64,000 nt of DNA from Sedimentisphaerales bacterium (GTDB lineage Bacteria > Planctomycetota > Phycisphaerae > Sedimentisphaerales > SM23-30), in the NCBI GenBank assembly GCA_963663965.2, contig CAXXFK010000037.1, positions 19,350-83,349 of the forward strand, read 5' to 3'. This document shows, one piece after another, positions 51,373 to 61,187 of this stretch. Under the pieces are notes generated by a model. The model did no database searches. It was given only the letters and a program-made list of their open reading frames with translations, and was not told the origin of the DNA. Each line of letters starts with the position of its first letter. Position 1 is the stretch's first letter. Made by a program: the position numbers and the translations under genes.

Positions 51373-51804
51373 TCAATCAAAATGGAACACCTCTTCCATA
51401 TCGGCCCACCACTCGCCCTCCTTTCGATTCTCCAAAGGCTCCTGGCATGGATTGCAGTGCTTCCACCATTCCCGGGTGGTAGGATCAGCGGCCATGATCG
51501 CCATATCCGCGTCAAAATCATCACCGGTATATTCCAGATAACTGAATAAGTAAAGTCGTCCATCATCCAGTTCACGCAGATAGATCGAATAATTCCGGAT
51601 ATGACATTGTTTGATCATGGCCAGTACATCCGGCCAGACCGCGGCATGCAATTGTTTATATTCTTCCACCTTATCGGGCTTCAGGCCGATTACCCAGCCA
51701 AAACGCCGGCACTTTGCCTGGGATGGCCGGAACCCGGAACAACCGCTCAACAGGATTCCTGCTAATACAACCACAACGCACAGCCAGAGACGATTTGTTT
51801 TCAT
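51373..51804 (-). CDS. rhaM: L-rhamnose mutarotase family protein with lipoprotein signal peptide
   Basis: EEYKQLHAAVWP...IRNYSIY...LFSYLEY...WW...MEEVFHFD. N-terminal MKTNR-hydrophobic-LSGC lipobox. Probable start at 51804. Confidence 0.85.
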   Translation of the reverse strand: MKTNRLWLCVVVVLAGILLSGCSGFRPSQAKCRRFGWVIGLKPDKVEEYKQLHAAVWPDVLAMIKQCHIRNYSIYLRELDDGRLYLFSYLEYTGDDFDADMAIMAADPTTREWWKHCNPCQEPLENRKEGEWWADMEEVFHFD

Positions 51805-51838
51805 TTCTGATAATCCTACGTCAGAATTCATACCCATC

Positions 51839-52654
51839 TTAATATAAACTTCTAAAAGCATATCCCCGTTTCATGTATTGCAGATCCGTTCCATCTTCAC
51901 CTGAATATAATGTCTGGTAAAAAGATTGGCTAAGGGCCATATCAAGGGTGCTTTGTTCAACCCACTTATGCATCTCGGCGTGACCATCACAGAATCCCAG
52001 CGTACTTTGTTTGTTATGCCAGATCGCTATCGGATCGATCCATGAATTGGTGGTGTGTGAACCAAGCGGATAAACAACCCAGGAACCCATATTGTCGCCC
52101 CGTCCATCCATTTCTTCGATAAACGCATATTTTTCTGAAGGGGTTTTAATTTCGGACATTTTTGTTATCGGGACAATACCCCAGGCACCGGCAGTATCCA
52201 CACCAAATAAACCACCGGGAATGGAATAACTGCGATACCCCCCCAGAAGGGCAGGACTATCACTCGTAGCAGCGGATGGCTTTAAACTGCGTTTATCGCC
52301 GGGGCAATTATATACCTCAACGCTTTGGGTATATTTATAAAGCAATCCCCGTCGGATTGCGTCAAATTTGGGTTCTAAAGACGGCTGCCCGGCCGCGGCA
52401 ACTGAATTGCTGTAATATACCCACGGTTTAAATCCATTCCAGTCATCCGTATGGCCCATGATAATCTGGCCTTCGTTATCATCCTGATACATATTCCATG
52501 CCAGGGACAAACTCTTGCAATTGGCCAGGCAAACCGCGCCGGTCGCCTGCTGACGCGCGCTGTTTAAGGCCGGCATTAGGATCGCCACCAGCAGAGCAAT
52601 GATGGAGATTACGACCAGTAATTCGATCAACGTGAATCCTTTTTTTGTTCTCAT
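51839..52654 (-). CDS. Prepilin-type N-terminal cleavage/methylation protein with H-X9-DG motif (DUF1559-like)
   Basis: KKG|FTLIELLVVISIIALLVAILMPAL; CPGD; HNKQSTLGFCDGH (H-X9-DG); AGAAAGG upstream. Confidence 0.92.
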   Translation of the reverse strand: MRTKKGFTLIELLVVISIIALLVAILMPALNSARQQATGAVCLANCKSLSLAWNMYQDDNEGQIIMGHTDDWNGFKPWVYYSNSVAAAGQPSLEPKFDAIRRGLLYKYTQSVEVYNCPGDKRSLKPSAATSDSPALLGGYRSYSIPGGLFGVDTAGAWGIVPITKMSEIKTPSEKYAFIEEMDGRGDNMGSWVVYPLGSHTTNSWIDPIAIWHNKQSTLGFCDGHAEMHKWVEQSTLDMALSQSFYQTLYSGEDGTDLQYMKRGYAFRSLY

Positions 52655-52668
52655 GATTTAAACCTTTC

Positions 52669-53736
52669 TTAGGCTGTCCCACGATTAATCAGCTCATAAA
52701 CACCAGATTCCACAACCGTATCAAACATAGCCAGGATATTTTCCACCGGGGTTTCTTCCAGAATGGAATCATGGCTGGCGCCGGCAATATATCGGCCACC
52801 GGGCATCATGATATCCAACACCTCACGGGTCTTTTGCCGAACCTCTTCGGCTGAACCATCAATTAACACATGATGTGAATCTATCGCGCCATTAAAGACG
52901 ATCCGGTTACCAAACTGCTCTTTTAACGTTTGCAAATCCATTCCCTGACAACTGGGTTGAACCGCCTGCAGGGCGTCCAGTCCGGTTTCGAGCATCAATG
53001 GTATCAAGGGGGCAAAGCCGCCACAACAATGCAACTGCACTTTGAGGCCAAAGTCATGGCCTAATGCGACCAGGCGCTGCAAATGGGGCACAATAAATTC
53101 TCGAAACAGGTCCGGCCCCAATAATGGGCCGCATTGACTGCCGAAATCATTGCCAATAAAAAAAATATCAATATGCCGGGCAGCCGCGTCAAATATTCGC
53201 CGGCTCACTTCCCAATAATAATCCACCACCTTTTGCAGTGCGGCTTTCACTACCTCCGGTTCGGTATACATTCGGATAAAAAACGTTTCCATCCCAAAGA
53301 GTTCCATAACATCATGCCAGAACGGGGACCAGTCTCCTCCCAGAATCGCATACTTGCCGTCATAACTCCGGGCCGTCGCCTCAATAGCGCTCACATCCAT
53401 CCAGGCCGGATCAGGCCAGGGGTAATCCAGTACATCGCTAAGCCCGGCGCCGGCCAGGGGATGATTCAATGCCTGACCATAACCCAGACCATCCCGCTCA
53501 ATACCAAAAATAGTCCTAATTTTACCATGCTGTGGATTTCCCAGATCGGGCCCGTTATAAGCAGCATAGACCCGGCGAAAGTCGTCGCGCATACGAATCC
53601 GCAAATCTTCATCCTCCAGAATTCCGGTATATCTTTTCGCTTTGGCCCAGAATTCATCGGAAGCACCGCACCAGCACGGAACCCGGTCCGGCATTTCACC
53701 TGATAAAACAGCCAATACTCGTTCGCGCGAATTCAT
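52669..53736 (-). CDS. Uroporphyrinogen decarboxylase (UroD)/MtaA-CmuA-like family protein
   Basis: MNSRERVLAVL...PDRVP; NDFGSQ...LLGPDLFREFIVP; LHCCG; LKEQFG...FNGAID; GGRYI...TPVENILAM. Confidence 0.88.
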   Translation of the reverse strand: MNSRERVLAVLSGEMPDRVPCWCGASDEFWAKAKRYTGILEDEDLRIRMRDDFRRVYAAYNGPDLGNPQHGKIRTIFGIERDGLGYGQALNHPLAGAGLSDVLDYPWPDPAWMDVSAIEATARSYDGKYAILGGDWSPFWHDVMELFGMETFFIRMYTEPEVVKAALQKVVDYYWEVSRRIFDAAARHIDIFFIGNDFGSQCGPLLGPDLFREFIVPHLQRLVALGHDFGLKVQLHCCGGFAPLIPLMLETGLDALQAVQPSCQGMDLQTLKEQFGNRIVFNGAIDSHHVLIDGSAEEVRQKTREVLDIMMPGGRYIAGASHDSILEETPVENILAMFDTVVESGVYELINRGTA

Positions 53737-53835
53737 AACTTTTTGAAATTGATAGGTTTAACTCTGAAAATTCCTAAATTGGCTTCGTTTGGCCCAATTG
53801 CTTTATTTTACTATGACTCACCAGAACGAACCAGA

Positions 53836-53867
53836 CCATTTTGTTCGTATTAATCGCCATTTCGTCC
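53836..53867 (-). promoter_or_regulatory. Putative AraC/XylR-type operator (tandem direct repeat, 21-bp period)
   Basis: Minus strand GGACGAAATGG (53867-53857) and GAACAAAATGG (53846-53836), exactly 21 bp apart, between the regulator stop and the UroD-like start. Confidence 0.6.
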
Positions 53868-53903
53868 AGACTACATCGATAACGACTTCCTGATGCTATA
53901 ATT

Positions 53904-55106
53904 TTATTTTGCCCCGAATTGTTTGCGAAATGCCTGGGGGGATAGTCCTTTGATATCGCGAAAATAACGCGACAGATGGCTTTCGCTTTCAAAACCCAAT
54001 TTTAATGCAATTTGCTTGATCGGGGCCTGAGTCGTTATCAGGGCTCTGGCGATCGATTCCACCCGGGTTCGTTTAATTTCTTCATGAATCGACCGGCCCA
54101 GCACCTTACGAAACCGATCATAAAGCACCGTCCGGGATACCGCAATTCGCTCGACCACATCGTTTACCTGGATAGACTTATGAGCATTCTGGCGGATAAA
54201 ACGGATGGCCTGGGCGACCTCACGATCGTAAATTGCCTGAATTTCAGTCGATTGCCGTTCCATCACAACGGTTGGCTTGACATAAATCACATTGGTATCC
54301 AGAGCAAGCCCGGCCATTTGTCGATCCAACAGCTCAGCCATTTCGTATCCGGCGCGTTCAAAGTTAATACCGATACTGGAAAGCGGGGGATGACACATGT
54401 TACAAATCAACTCATCGTTATCGCATCCCAACACGCTGACTTCATCGGGCACCACAATATCCAGAATGCGGCAGGCCTCCAGCACGACCTCGGCCAGATC
54501 ATCGTTCCAGGCCCAGACCGCCAGGGGTCTGGGCAGATTCTGGAGTTGTTTGCCGATCCATTCGAGTTCATCCTGCCAGCTGATCATGTGGCCGGACTGG
54601 GTCTGATTCACCACGATAGGTTCTATCCCAGCCTGACGTAAACGCCGACAGAATCCCTGCTCACGCTGCTGCGACCAGTAAATCGGTCCATATCCAAAGA
54701 ACGCAATCTGTTTGAATCCCAGCTTAAGAAAGTATTCTGCTGCCATGATACCGGTCCGGCCGGGATCACTCATTACATTGACATATCCCGGCACTGTTTC
54801 TTCAGTAGGTATAATCACCGCGGGAAAATCGGGCGGTACAATATGTCGAACCGTCGATAAATCAGGCATCTCGGCCACCAGACCATCTATTTGAGAACTG
54901 GCAATCATCTGTTGAAGCGCCGATTGGTAATCCTGTTTCCAGAAACCGCCGCTACCTGATTCAGAAGGCACTTTATAAAAGGGTAACCGGCGTATGAAAA
55001 CCCAGGGACCGTAGAGGTTGGCATATTGGGTAATACCCCGCACAAAACCACGCGCGGCCTGTCGATCCAGATGCCCTGAAATCAAGATCCGTTTCGGTGA
55101 TGTCAT
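53904..55106 (-). CDS. XylR-type transcriptional regulator (LacI-type sugar-binding domain plus AraC HTH)
   Basis: GIMAAEYFL...WSQQREQGF...VPDEVSVLGCDND...LSSI...RQST; C-terminal AraC HTH (IALKLGFESESHLSRYFR...SPQAFR). Probable ATG at 55106. Confidence 0.92.
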   Translation of the reverse strand: MTSPKRILISGHLDRQAARGFVRGITQYANLYGPWVFIRRLPFYKVPSESGSGGFWKQDYQSALQQMIASSQIDGLVAEMPDLSTVRHIVPPDFPAVIIPTEETVPGYVNVMSDPGRTGIMAAEYFLKLGFKQIAFFGYGPIYWSQQREQGFCRRLRQAGIEPIVVNQTQSGHMISWQDELEWIGKQLQNLPRPLAVWAWNDDLAEVVLEACRILDIVVPDEVSVLGCDNDELICNMCHPPLSSIGINFERAGYEMAELLDRQMAGLALDTNVIYVKPTVVMERQSTEIQAIYDREVAQAIRFIRQNAHKSIQVNDVVERIAVSRTVLYDRFRKVLGRSIHEEIKRTRVESIARALITTQAPIKQIALKLGFESESHLSRYFRDIKGLSPQAFRKQFGAK

Positions 55107-55124
55107 AACGTAAAGAATCCCCAA

Positions 55125-58100
55125 TCAGTCAATGAGTGTCGCCGCCATCAATCCAATAACGACTTCATTTGACAAGGCTCGTATCGTCAATGCATTAAGC
55201 GCTTTTCCAGTATCCAGGGGGATTGCCAGTATTGTGGCTGACCCGCCCGGCACTTTGCCCCCCTTCCGCTTGAAGCTGATGGGGTCCAGAATCCGCAACC
55301 GGCCGGTTTTCAGATCCAGTCGCGGCGGAATGGGCTGGGGCCGGCGAAAGGCATAATCGTCGATATAAAAATCCTGATCGATCGGCCACCAATTGGTGGG
55401 ATGACGCAACGCCAGCCGTTGATAAGTATTGTCCGTATACATCACAATCATTTCGCCGTTATCGATATGGCTCTGCATGGAATTGGTGGAACCTGCCACC
55501 AAGACATACAGGCATCGCGCCCGGCCGGTCAAGGGAATGGTTGCTTCATCGGGATAATTGTCCCAGAGCGAGACATAGATGATATTATCCGCATCCGGCT
55601 CGCCGGGAGTACTTAATGCGATTCCGCCCGGCCCGGCAATCCGGCCGCCATGGTTACGGGCCTGCGCCCGCAATCCGGTATCATCCACGCCGAAGGTTTC
55701 TTTGAAATTGCACCAGGCCCCGATTCCCTGGCTGGGGATCGCCAGCGAACAGAACGGCGACCGGGGCGAGACATATTCGTTTTGGAAGATCCGGGTTACC
55801 TTGTCATTGAATTGGGATTTCAGATCGACCATGCGCGCCTTGGTCGAGGCGGCCGGTAGATGCCAGTTGATAATTTCGCCGGTAATGGTCAGACCCGGCC
55901 GAAGTGTTGCCTTGATTGGACAAACACCCGGCAGAATCCCTCTGGCCGGTAATACAATTTCATCAGATACCCACCCGCCATTGACAGTCACCGGCAACGT
56001 CCAGTTCTGACCGCTACTATTAAAGGTTACACTGCCCCGAAAATCCGACTGGGTATTATTTTTCAAACGGAATCTCAGACTCTGGTCATCCTGTTGGAGG
56101 CTGTCCACCAATTCATACTCGGGCCTGATCTTGACACTGACAGGCATGGTCCAGGTTAGATCGCCCTGTTTTACCCGGGCAAACAAAGTCCGGAACCCTT
56201 CCATGTCCTGAACCACACCTGTAAAACCTGACTCAGAGAGATTTAAAGAATCAAAGACTCCCTGAGGATCATCTACTGCGGTTACTGTCACCCTGTCCAA
56301 ATCAACGGTCTCTTGACGGCCTGGATTCATGATTGCTTTTATACGAGCATGCTTCAAAGGCTGCCCCCGCCACTGTATTACCACTTCATACCGCGGGGCC
56401 CGTGATTCAATGATTATCTTTGGCAATCCTATATTGTTCTGATCACATTGCCATTGGGCCGGCTGCCCATTCACCCGAACGGATGCTATTGTATCGCGAA
56501 AAGCGGGCAATGCCAACTGCAATGCCATTGGCCGCCCAAACGCCGGTTCAATCAGATAGCGTTCCTGTTCACCTTGCCGCTGATATGACAGGGTTATATC
56601 CGGGTGAATAATTTGAGCGGAATCCCAGTCCTGGGGCCAACCGGGCCGGATACGCAGTTCACCAGCCAACGCGTCCGGCATAATCCCGAATAATCCTTCC
56701 ATGAACGTGCGCGCCGTTACGCCTATTCCATCGGCAAAATCACGCTGCGATTCACCCCGCGCCATATCATAATAGGAACACATACCAACATTTCCCGGAC
56801 ACGCGCCCAGGTACATGCCATCCAGCAGACAGCCCTTGAACAATTGAAACGCGGTTTCATCCCGGCCGGATTGCCAGTAAGCCAGCGCGGTATGGGCCGA
56901 CTCCGCCAGAACAACGTTATTGATCGACCACGAATAGGGCATCCAGTTACTGGTTGAAATGGTATGATAACCGGCAGGCACTCCCGGCCCGACAATCGGA
57001 ATCGAAGGAATCATGGTATCGACATACCGACTCATCTGGTATAGCTGCCGCGCCGTTGCCGCCTGGCTGTCGGCGGTATGATAAAACGTCCAGACCGCCG
57101 GATAATCATGGGTTCGGCGTAATCCCAGCCAGTCTTTATATTCGGCGAACCAGCCCTTATCCGCCAGCCAGAGTTCACGCTGCATCGCCTGCCAGATCAA
57201 TTGTGCCTCTTTTTCATAGGCCGAGCCATCTTCACCCAGCAATCCCGCCAGGCGCGCCGCCATTTTGTTATGATAATAATTATACGCTGTGGTATGGGTC
57301 ACCCCCCCGCCGCTGTATTGCAGGTCATCGCTGGCCCAGATCGCCGCGTACGCTTCATAAAGCGGCAGTCCATCCGAACCATAAGGCCGCCGGAACAATC
57401 GGCGCTCCCAGGCCAGGTGCCGCTCGATCACTGGCCAGACACTCCGGGCAAAATCGAGATCACCCGTCCACAAGATATGTCGGAACAGAGCATCGATATA
57501 AACCAGGTTCATATCGTAATGCGATTTGGACATCGTACCATTACAATGTAAAGATGGCTCATTACGGGATAGATTAGCACTGGGATCCGCCGGCAGAATG
57601 GCCGGAGGTATTGACCCGGTGTCCTGTTGTCCGGCCCAGCAGGTCAGATGACGGCGCATGCGGTCATGCCAGCCGAGGGCATCAAAGGCATACGGACCGC
57701 GCCAGCCCAGTAGTTTACGCCGCCAGGCACAGGCGCCATGCATGACCGCGCCCTGGGCCTCATCCCAGATGGCGTCGGTCGCCACACACAGCGCCGCGGC
57801 TGCCGCGTTTAAATAGTCATCGGGCGTCTCGATACGAATCTGGGTTGCTATCTTTTTCCGTTGTGCTTGAACTTCAGAATACAATTGATACCAACCGGCT
57901 TCATCCAACTGTTGCGGCCAGGTGCGTTTTTCCTGACTTTGACTTTCTATAGTAAGAAACACCTGTTGACCACTGGAGAGTTTTGAGCGAATCAACGCCA
58001 CCGGCGATTCTCCAGTATAATTCGCGGACGTAATTAATTGATTCAGATTATCCCAGTTGTTGGCATCCCCAATGAGGCATTGACTGTCACCACTGACAGA

Positions 58101-58781
58101 ACCGGCCATGATGGATGACGGTCCGGTCAGCAAGAAACGAGCGCCTTCAAACTCGATTTGATTACCCTTACAATAATCCGGCTTGACGGCATAGAACTCA
58201 CTCAGCGGCATGCCTTCACAACCAAGATCGCCATCACGTTTACCTCGCTTACCACTGACACCGCCAAATACCCACCATATTTCCACCTGGGGTTGAGAGC
58301 CACTTAGATGGGCGTCGGCCAGTAATCCATCACGATCATACAAGCCGGTAAACCGTACTGACAACTTACTACCAGCCAACACCGGATCTTCGATAAGATA
58401 CAACATGGATCCCGGTTGATAACGCGCTTCAATCCTGGCGGCTTGATGGAGCCATAAGGCTTTATTTCCAATTCGAATTCCGACTCGAACAGCGCCTCTG
58501 CGTCCAGAGGAATAAAAGGCGCATTCCGGCCGGTCGCCTGCGTCGATGCGGAAAGCAGTATTGCCGCCATAGAGCGGCCGGTTAAACGCTTCATCGCCAT
58601 TAACAATCACAAAATCAGTGCCATCCGGTTGATAACGTAAGGGGCGTTCCTGGGAGCTGCTGAATTCCGGCCGCTCTGCCGCGATCCGTTCCGGGGCCAG
58701 GGTTTGCCCACCCGCCTGCCATGTGAATAATGATATTAAAATACCTGAGAGTCCGGCCATACGAACCATTAATGCCATCAT
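55125..58781 (-). CDS. DUF4450-containing (alpha/alpha)6-barrel glycosidase (GH139-like, tentative), secreted
   Basis: RPLRYQPDGTDFVIVNG...FNRPLYG...GDRP N-terminus recalled as DUF4450; HGACAWR...GWRG, HYDMNLVYID and IWASD six-hairpin region. Probable ATG at 58781 after AGGGCAGGA. The GH139 link is from recall only. Confidence 0.7.
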   Translation of the reverse strand: MMALMVRMAGLSGILISLFTWQAGGQTLAPERIAAERPEFSSSQERPLRYQPDGTDFVIVNGDEAFNRPLYGGNTAFRIDAGDRPECAFYSSGRRGAVRVGIRIGNKALWLHQAARIEARYQPGSMLYLIEDPVLAGSKLSVRFTGLYDRDGLLADAHLSGSQPQVEIWWVFGGVSGKRGKRDGDLGCEGMPLSEFYAVKPDYCKGNQIEFEGARFLLTGPSSIMAGSVSGDSQCLIGDANNWDNLNQLITSANYTGESPVALIRSKLSSGQQVFLTIESQSQEKRTWPQQLDEAGWYQLYSEVQAQRKKIATQIRIETPDDYLNAAAAALCVATDAIWDEAQGAVMHGACAWRRKLLGWRGPYAFDALGWHDRMRRHLTCWAGQQDTGSIPPAILPADPSANLSRNEPSLHCNGTMSKSHYDMNLVYIDALFRHILWTGDLDFARSVWPVIERHLAWERRLFRRPYGSDGLPLYEAYAAIWASDDLQYSGGGVTHTTAYNYYHNKMAARLAGLLGEDGSAYEKEAQLIWQAMQRELWLADKGWFAEYKDWLGLRRTHDYPAVWTFYHTADSQAATARQLYQMSRYVDTMIPSIPIVGPGVPAGYHTISTSNWMPYSWSINNVVLAESAHTALAYWQSGRDETAFQLFKGCLLDGMYLGACPGNVGMCSYYDMARGESQRDFADGIGVTARTFMEGLFGIMPDALAGELRIRPGWPQDWDSAQIIHPDITLSYQRQGEQERYLIEPAFGRPMALQLALPAFRDTIASVRVNGQPAQWQCDQNNIGLPKIIIESRAPRYEVVIQWRGQPLKHARIKAIMNPGRQETVDLDRVTVTAVDDPQGVFDSLNLSESGFTGVVQDMEGFRTLFARVKQGDLTWTMPVSVKIRPEYELVDSLQQDDQSLRFRLKNNTQSDFRGSVTFNSSGQNWTLPVTVNGGWVSDEIVLPARGILPGVCPIKATLRPGLTITGEIINWHLPAASTKARMVDLKSQFNDKVTRIFQNEYVSPRSPFCSLAIPSQGIGAWCNFKETFGVDDTGLRAQARNHGGRIAGPGGIALSTPGEPDADNIIYVSLWDNYPDEATIPLTGRARCLYVLVAGSTNSMQSHIDNGEMIVMYTDNTYQRLALRHPTNWWPIDQDFYIDDYAFRRPQPIPPRLDLKTGRLRILDPISFKRKGGKVPGGSATILAIPLDTGKALNALTIRALSNEVVIGLMAATLID

Positions 58782-59037
58782 TCCTGCCCTTTCTACGCTA
58801 TAAATCAAGTAACTGATTTTTCGTACGCAATCTGGTAATACCATGAGATGTCTCTTTTTGCAATCACCAGTTAATCATGATAGAGGATCTATGAAATTAT
58901 GCCTTGAATAACTATAGAATATCCTTTGCCGGTCAGCTTGACAAGCCCCATTCCCATCAGGCCGGCACTCATTATGGGCATACATACCGGTTATTATTCA
59001 AATATGAAACCCGGCCAGTAATTTCATTTTTAAGCCG

Positions 59038-61170
59038 TTAATCCCGCAGATAGTCCTCCGGTAAATAATGTGGCCCAACAAACTCCTCGATGAAGGTTCG
59101 TGACTGTTGATAAATCTCTTTCATCAACGATACCGGACTGCCCAGCGCCGGACGCGTGCGTAATTGGCCCAGGGTCGTATCATAACAGGAAAACTTCAGA
59201 TCAGGATCGTATTCGAACAGGCGTTGTCGATGTGCCATCACCTGGTCATAAGCCGCGACAATATACCCCATTTGTTCCGGATCGGTGGTCCGCATGGCGG
59301 CCAGCTGTCGGATATACCGGAAACGCCAGAGCGCTTCTTCCAGGTAACGCTTGATGATGGCAAATTCCTGCAACCAGCGAAAACGGGTGGCCAGTTCCTG
59401 ATATTGATTTTCTTTCAGATAAGGCCGGGCTTTTTCCAACTCGGTTAGCATCTGTCTGATCTGGTCCAGGCAGTCTTCTTTTTCATCGATGACACGCCGG
59501 ACATTGTCAAGGTTTGGTTCCAGATAGCGGGCATATTCCGGCAGAAAATGACGGTTGGTATACATCAGCAGGGTTTCACGCCGGGCTATATTGCTGACAA
59601 AATCGGAGTTCGTGCTGGAACCCATACCGAGAGTTGAGAAGGTGCGGTCTACGGCCGTTTCCGACAGGCGTAAGGCCCGCGCCAGATAGGGCGCGGCTTG
59701 CGGCCCGAAGGTTTCTTCGGTCCAATCCTGCCAGATTTTATCCAGATCGGCATTGACATCCCAGGAAAGTTCCCGCCAGGCCCGGGTATTGATACTATTA
59801 CAGATATCATCTAACAAATAATAATTACTCTGGCGTGTCCCGCCCAGAAACAGATTGACCCCGCCGGCCGGGCCCACCAGGTCGTGGCTCTTTTTCATCG
59901 TCCAGGCGGTATGTGTCACCGTCGCGGCCGGGAAATAGTATCGCCCGGTAGTCTGGCCGGTCATCTGATACTCGGCAATTTCGGTATGAGGTCCGGCCTG
60001 GCCCAGCAGAGTACTGAAGCGGGCGTTGGGCTGGCAGTCGGCATGATAGACCTTGGTTTGCAGGATAATATCCGCCGGCAGGTCATGGATCACCCGGGAC
60101 CAGAGTTCGGTCCCGCTCAGATCAAGATGGTCATAACCCGGCGCGTTCACCCATTGATCCCGCAGCCAGTGGGGTACTCCCGAGGACCAGGTCCGCACGA
60201 TCATTTTCTTTCCTAACGCACTGACGGTTTTATGATACGGCTTCACGCATTCATACAATTCATTGGGAAAGGTATTCAGCCCGTTCGCCCGACAGCGGTC
60301 GCACTGACAATACAGGCCGTAATTATCCCAGAACGTCACATAAAGCACATCGGCCCGGGTCTGTTGCAGGTACTCACGCAGGTAAGCGTCGATCACCCGC
60401 CAGGTCATCGGTTCGGAAGGACACAGCGTGCCCAGTTCCCAGGAATTACTTGCCGACCGGCCTTTGATCTGGGGATAAGCCTTAATCGCGGCCTCATAGA
60501 GCGAACCGGACCAGCGCTGCAAGTCGTTGCCATACAGAAAAGCGCTGTACACAATATCGGCATCGTGACAGGCCTGTCGAACCGGATTGTCTTGGGCCAG
60601 ATTGAAGTTGGCGGATCGCTCCAGACCACGCTGCTGATCTGGTGTTAACTGATCCCAGATCTCCGGCAGGGTATCTTTGAATGTTACGGTATAACGCGCT
60701 TTACGATCGATCAACAGGTTCAATCCCAACTCCGCGACATATTCGGCCATAGGCGCGCTGCCATGATACTCCACACTGCGGGTAATAAAATCAGGATGTC
60801 TCTCAAAGACGCCCTCCGTGCGGTTGCGCCATAAACGCAAATCCCCGGCGGCATAGAGCAAAGCGCGCGGCCTGTCGCCCCGGATCAATGTTCCGCCATC
60901 GGCACTGGTGACGGTATAGCCATCACTCTCTGAGGCAGTATCACCACAGGTCAGTATGATCCCGCCGGTCTGTGGCCGGGACAGGTCATCAACAGTTCGA
61001 ATCGTGCTGTCCGGCAATCCCAGTTTCTCCGCCAGGATCAACGCCGCCGAACGCAACGCCGGCGCCGCATTATCTGGAACGCCTATCCAGCGATATTCGA
61101 CAGCAGAAACAAAATTACATATACAAAGTGAGATTATTGAAACGAGTATTATCCGTTCGCTTGATGTCAT
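59038..61170 (-). CDS. Secreted putative uronidase-like glycosidase (GH67/GH115-type N-terminal domain plus TIM barrel)
   Basis: Signal peptide; DGYTV...IRGDRPRALLYAA resembles the GH20b/GH67 N-terminal domain; LCPS...CQCDRC; IVRTW...QTKVYH...EYQMTGQ resembles GH67-like barrels. Family not pinned down. Confidence 0.55.
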   Translation of the reverse strand: MTSSERIILVSIISLCICNFVSAVEYRWIGVPDNAAPALRSAALILAEKLGLPDSTIRTVDDLSRPQTGGIILTCGDTASESDGYTVTSADGGTLIRGDRPRALLYAAGDLRLWRNRTEGVFERHPDFITRSVEYHGSAPMAEYVAELGLNLLIDRKARYTVTFKDTLPEIWDQLTPDQQRGLERSANFNLAQDNPVRQACHDADIVYSAFLYGNDLQRWSGSLYEAAIKAYPQIKGRSASNSWELGTLCPSEPMTWRVIDAYLREYLQQTRADVLYVTFWDNYGLYCQCDRCRANGLNTFPNELYECVKPYHKTVSALGKKMIVRTWSSGVPHWLRDQWVNAPGYDHLDLSGTELWSRVIHDLPADIILQTKVYHADCQPNARFSTLLGQAGPHTEIAEYQMTGQTTGRYYFPAATVTHTAWTMKKSHDLVGPAGGVNLFLGGTRQSNYYLLDDICNSINTRAWRELSWDVNADLDKIWQDWTEETFGPQAAPYLARALRLSETAVDRTFSTLGMGSSTNSDFVSNIARRETLLMYTNRHFLPEYARYLEPNLDNVRRVIDEKEDCLDQIRQMLTELEKARPYLKENQYQELATRFRWLQEFAIIKRYLEEALWRFRYIRQLAAMRTTDPEQMGYIVAAYDQVMAHRQRLFEYDPDLKFSCYDTTLGQLRTRPALGSPVSLMKEIYQQSRTFIEEFVGPHYLPEDYLRD

Positions 61171-61187
61171 ATCTGTTCCTCAAAAAA

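Noticed and set aside
51839..52654. A type IV pilus or T2SS operon
   Set aside because: This is a single pilin-like gene with no ATPase, platform, secretin or prepilin peptidase genes nearby.
52669..53736. Calling the gene hemE (heme biosynthesis)
   Set aside because: It lacks the HemE WxMRQAGR motif, has an HCCG metal motif, and lies among sugar genes.
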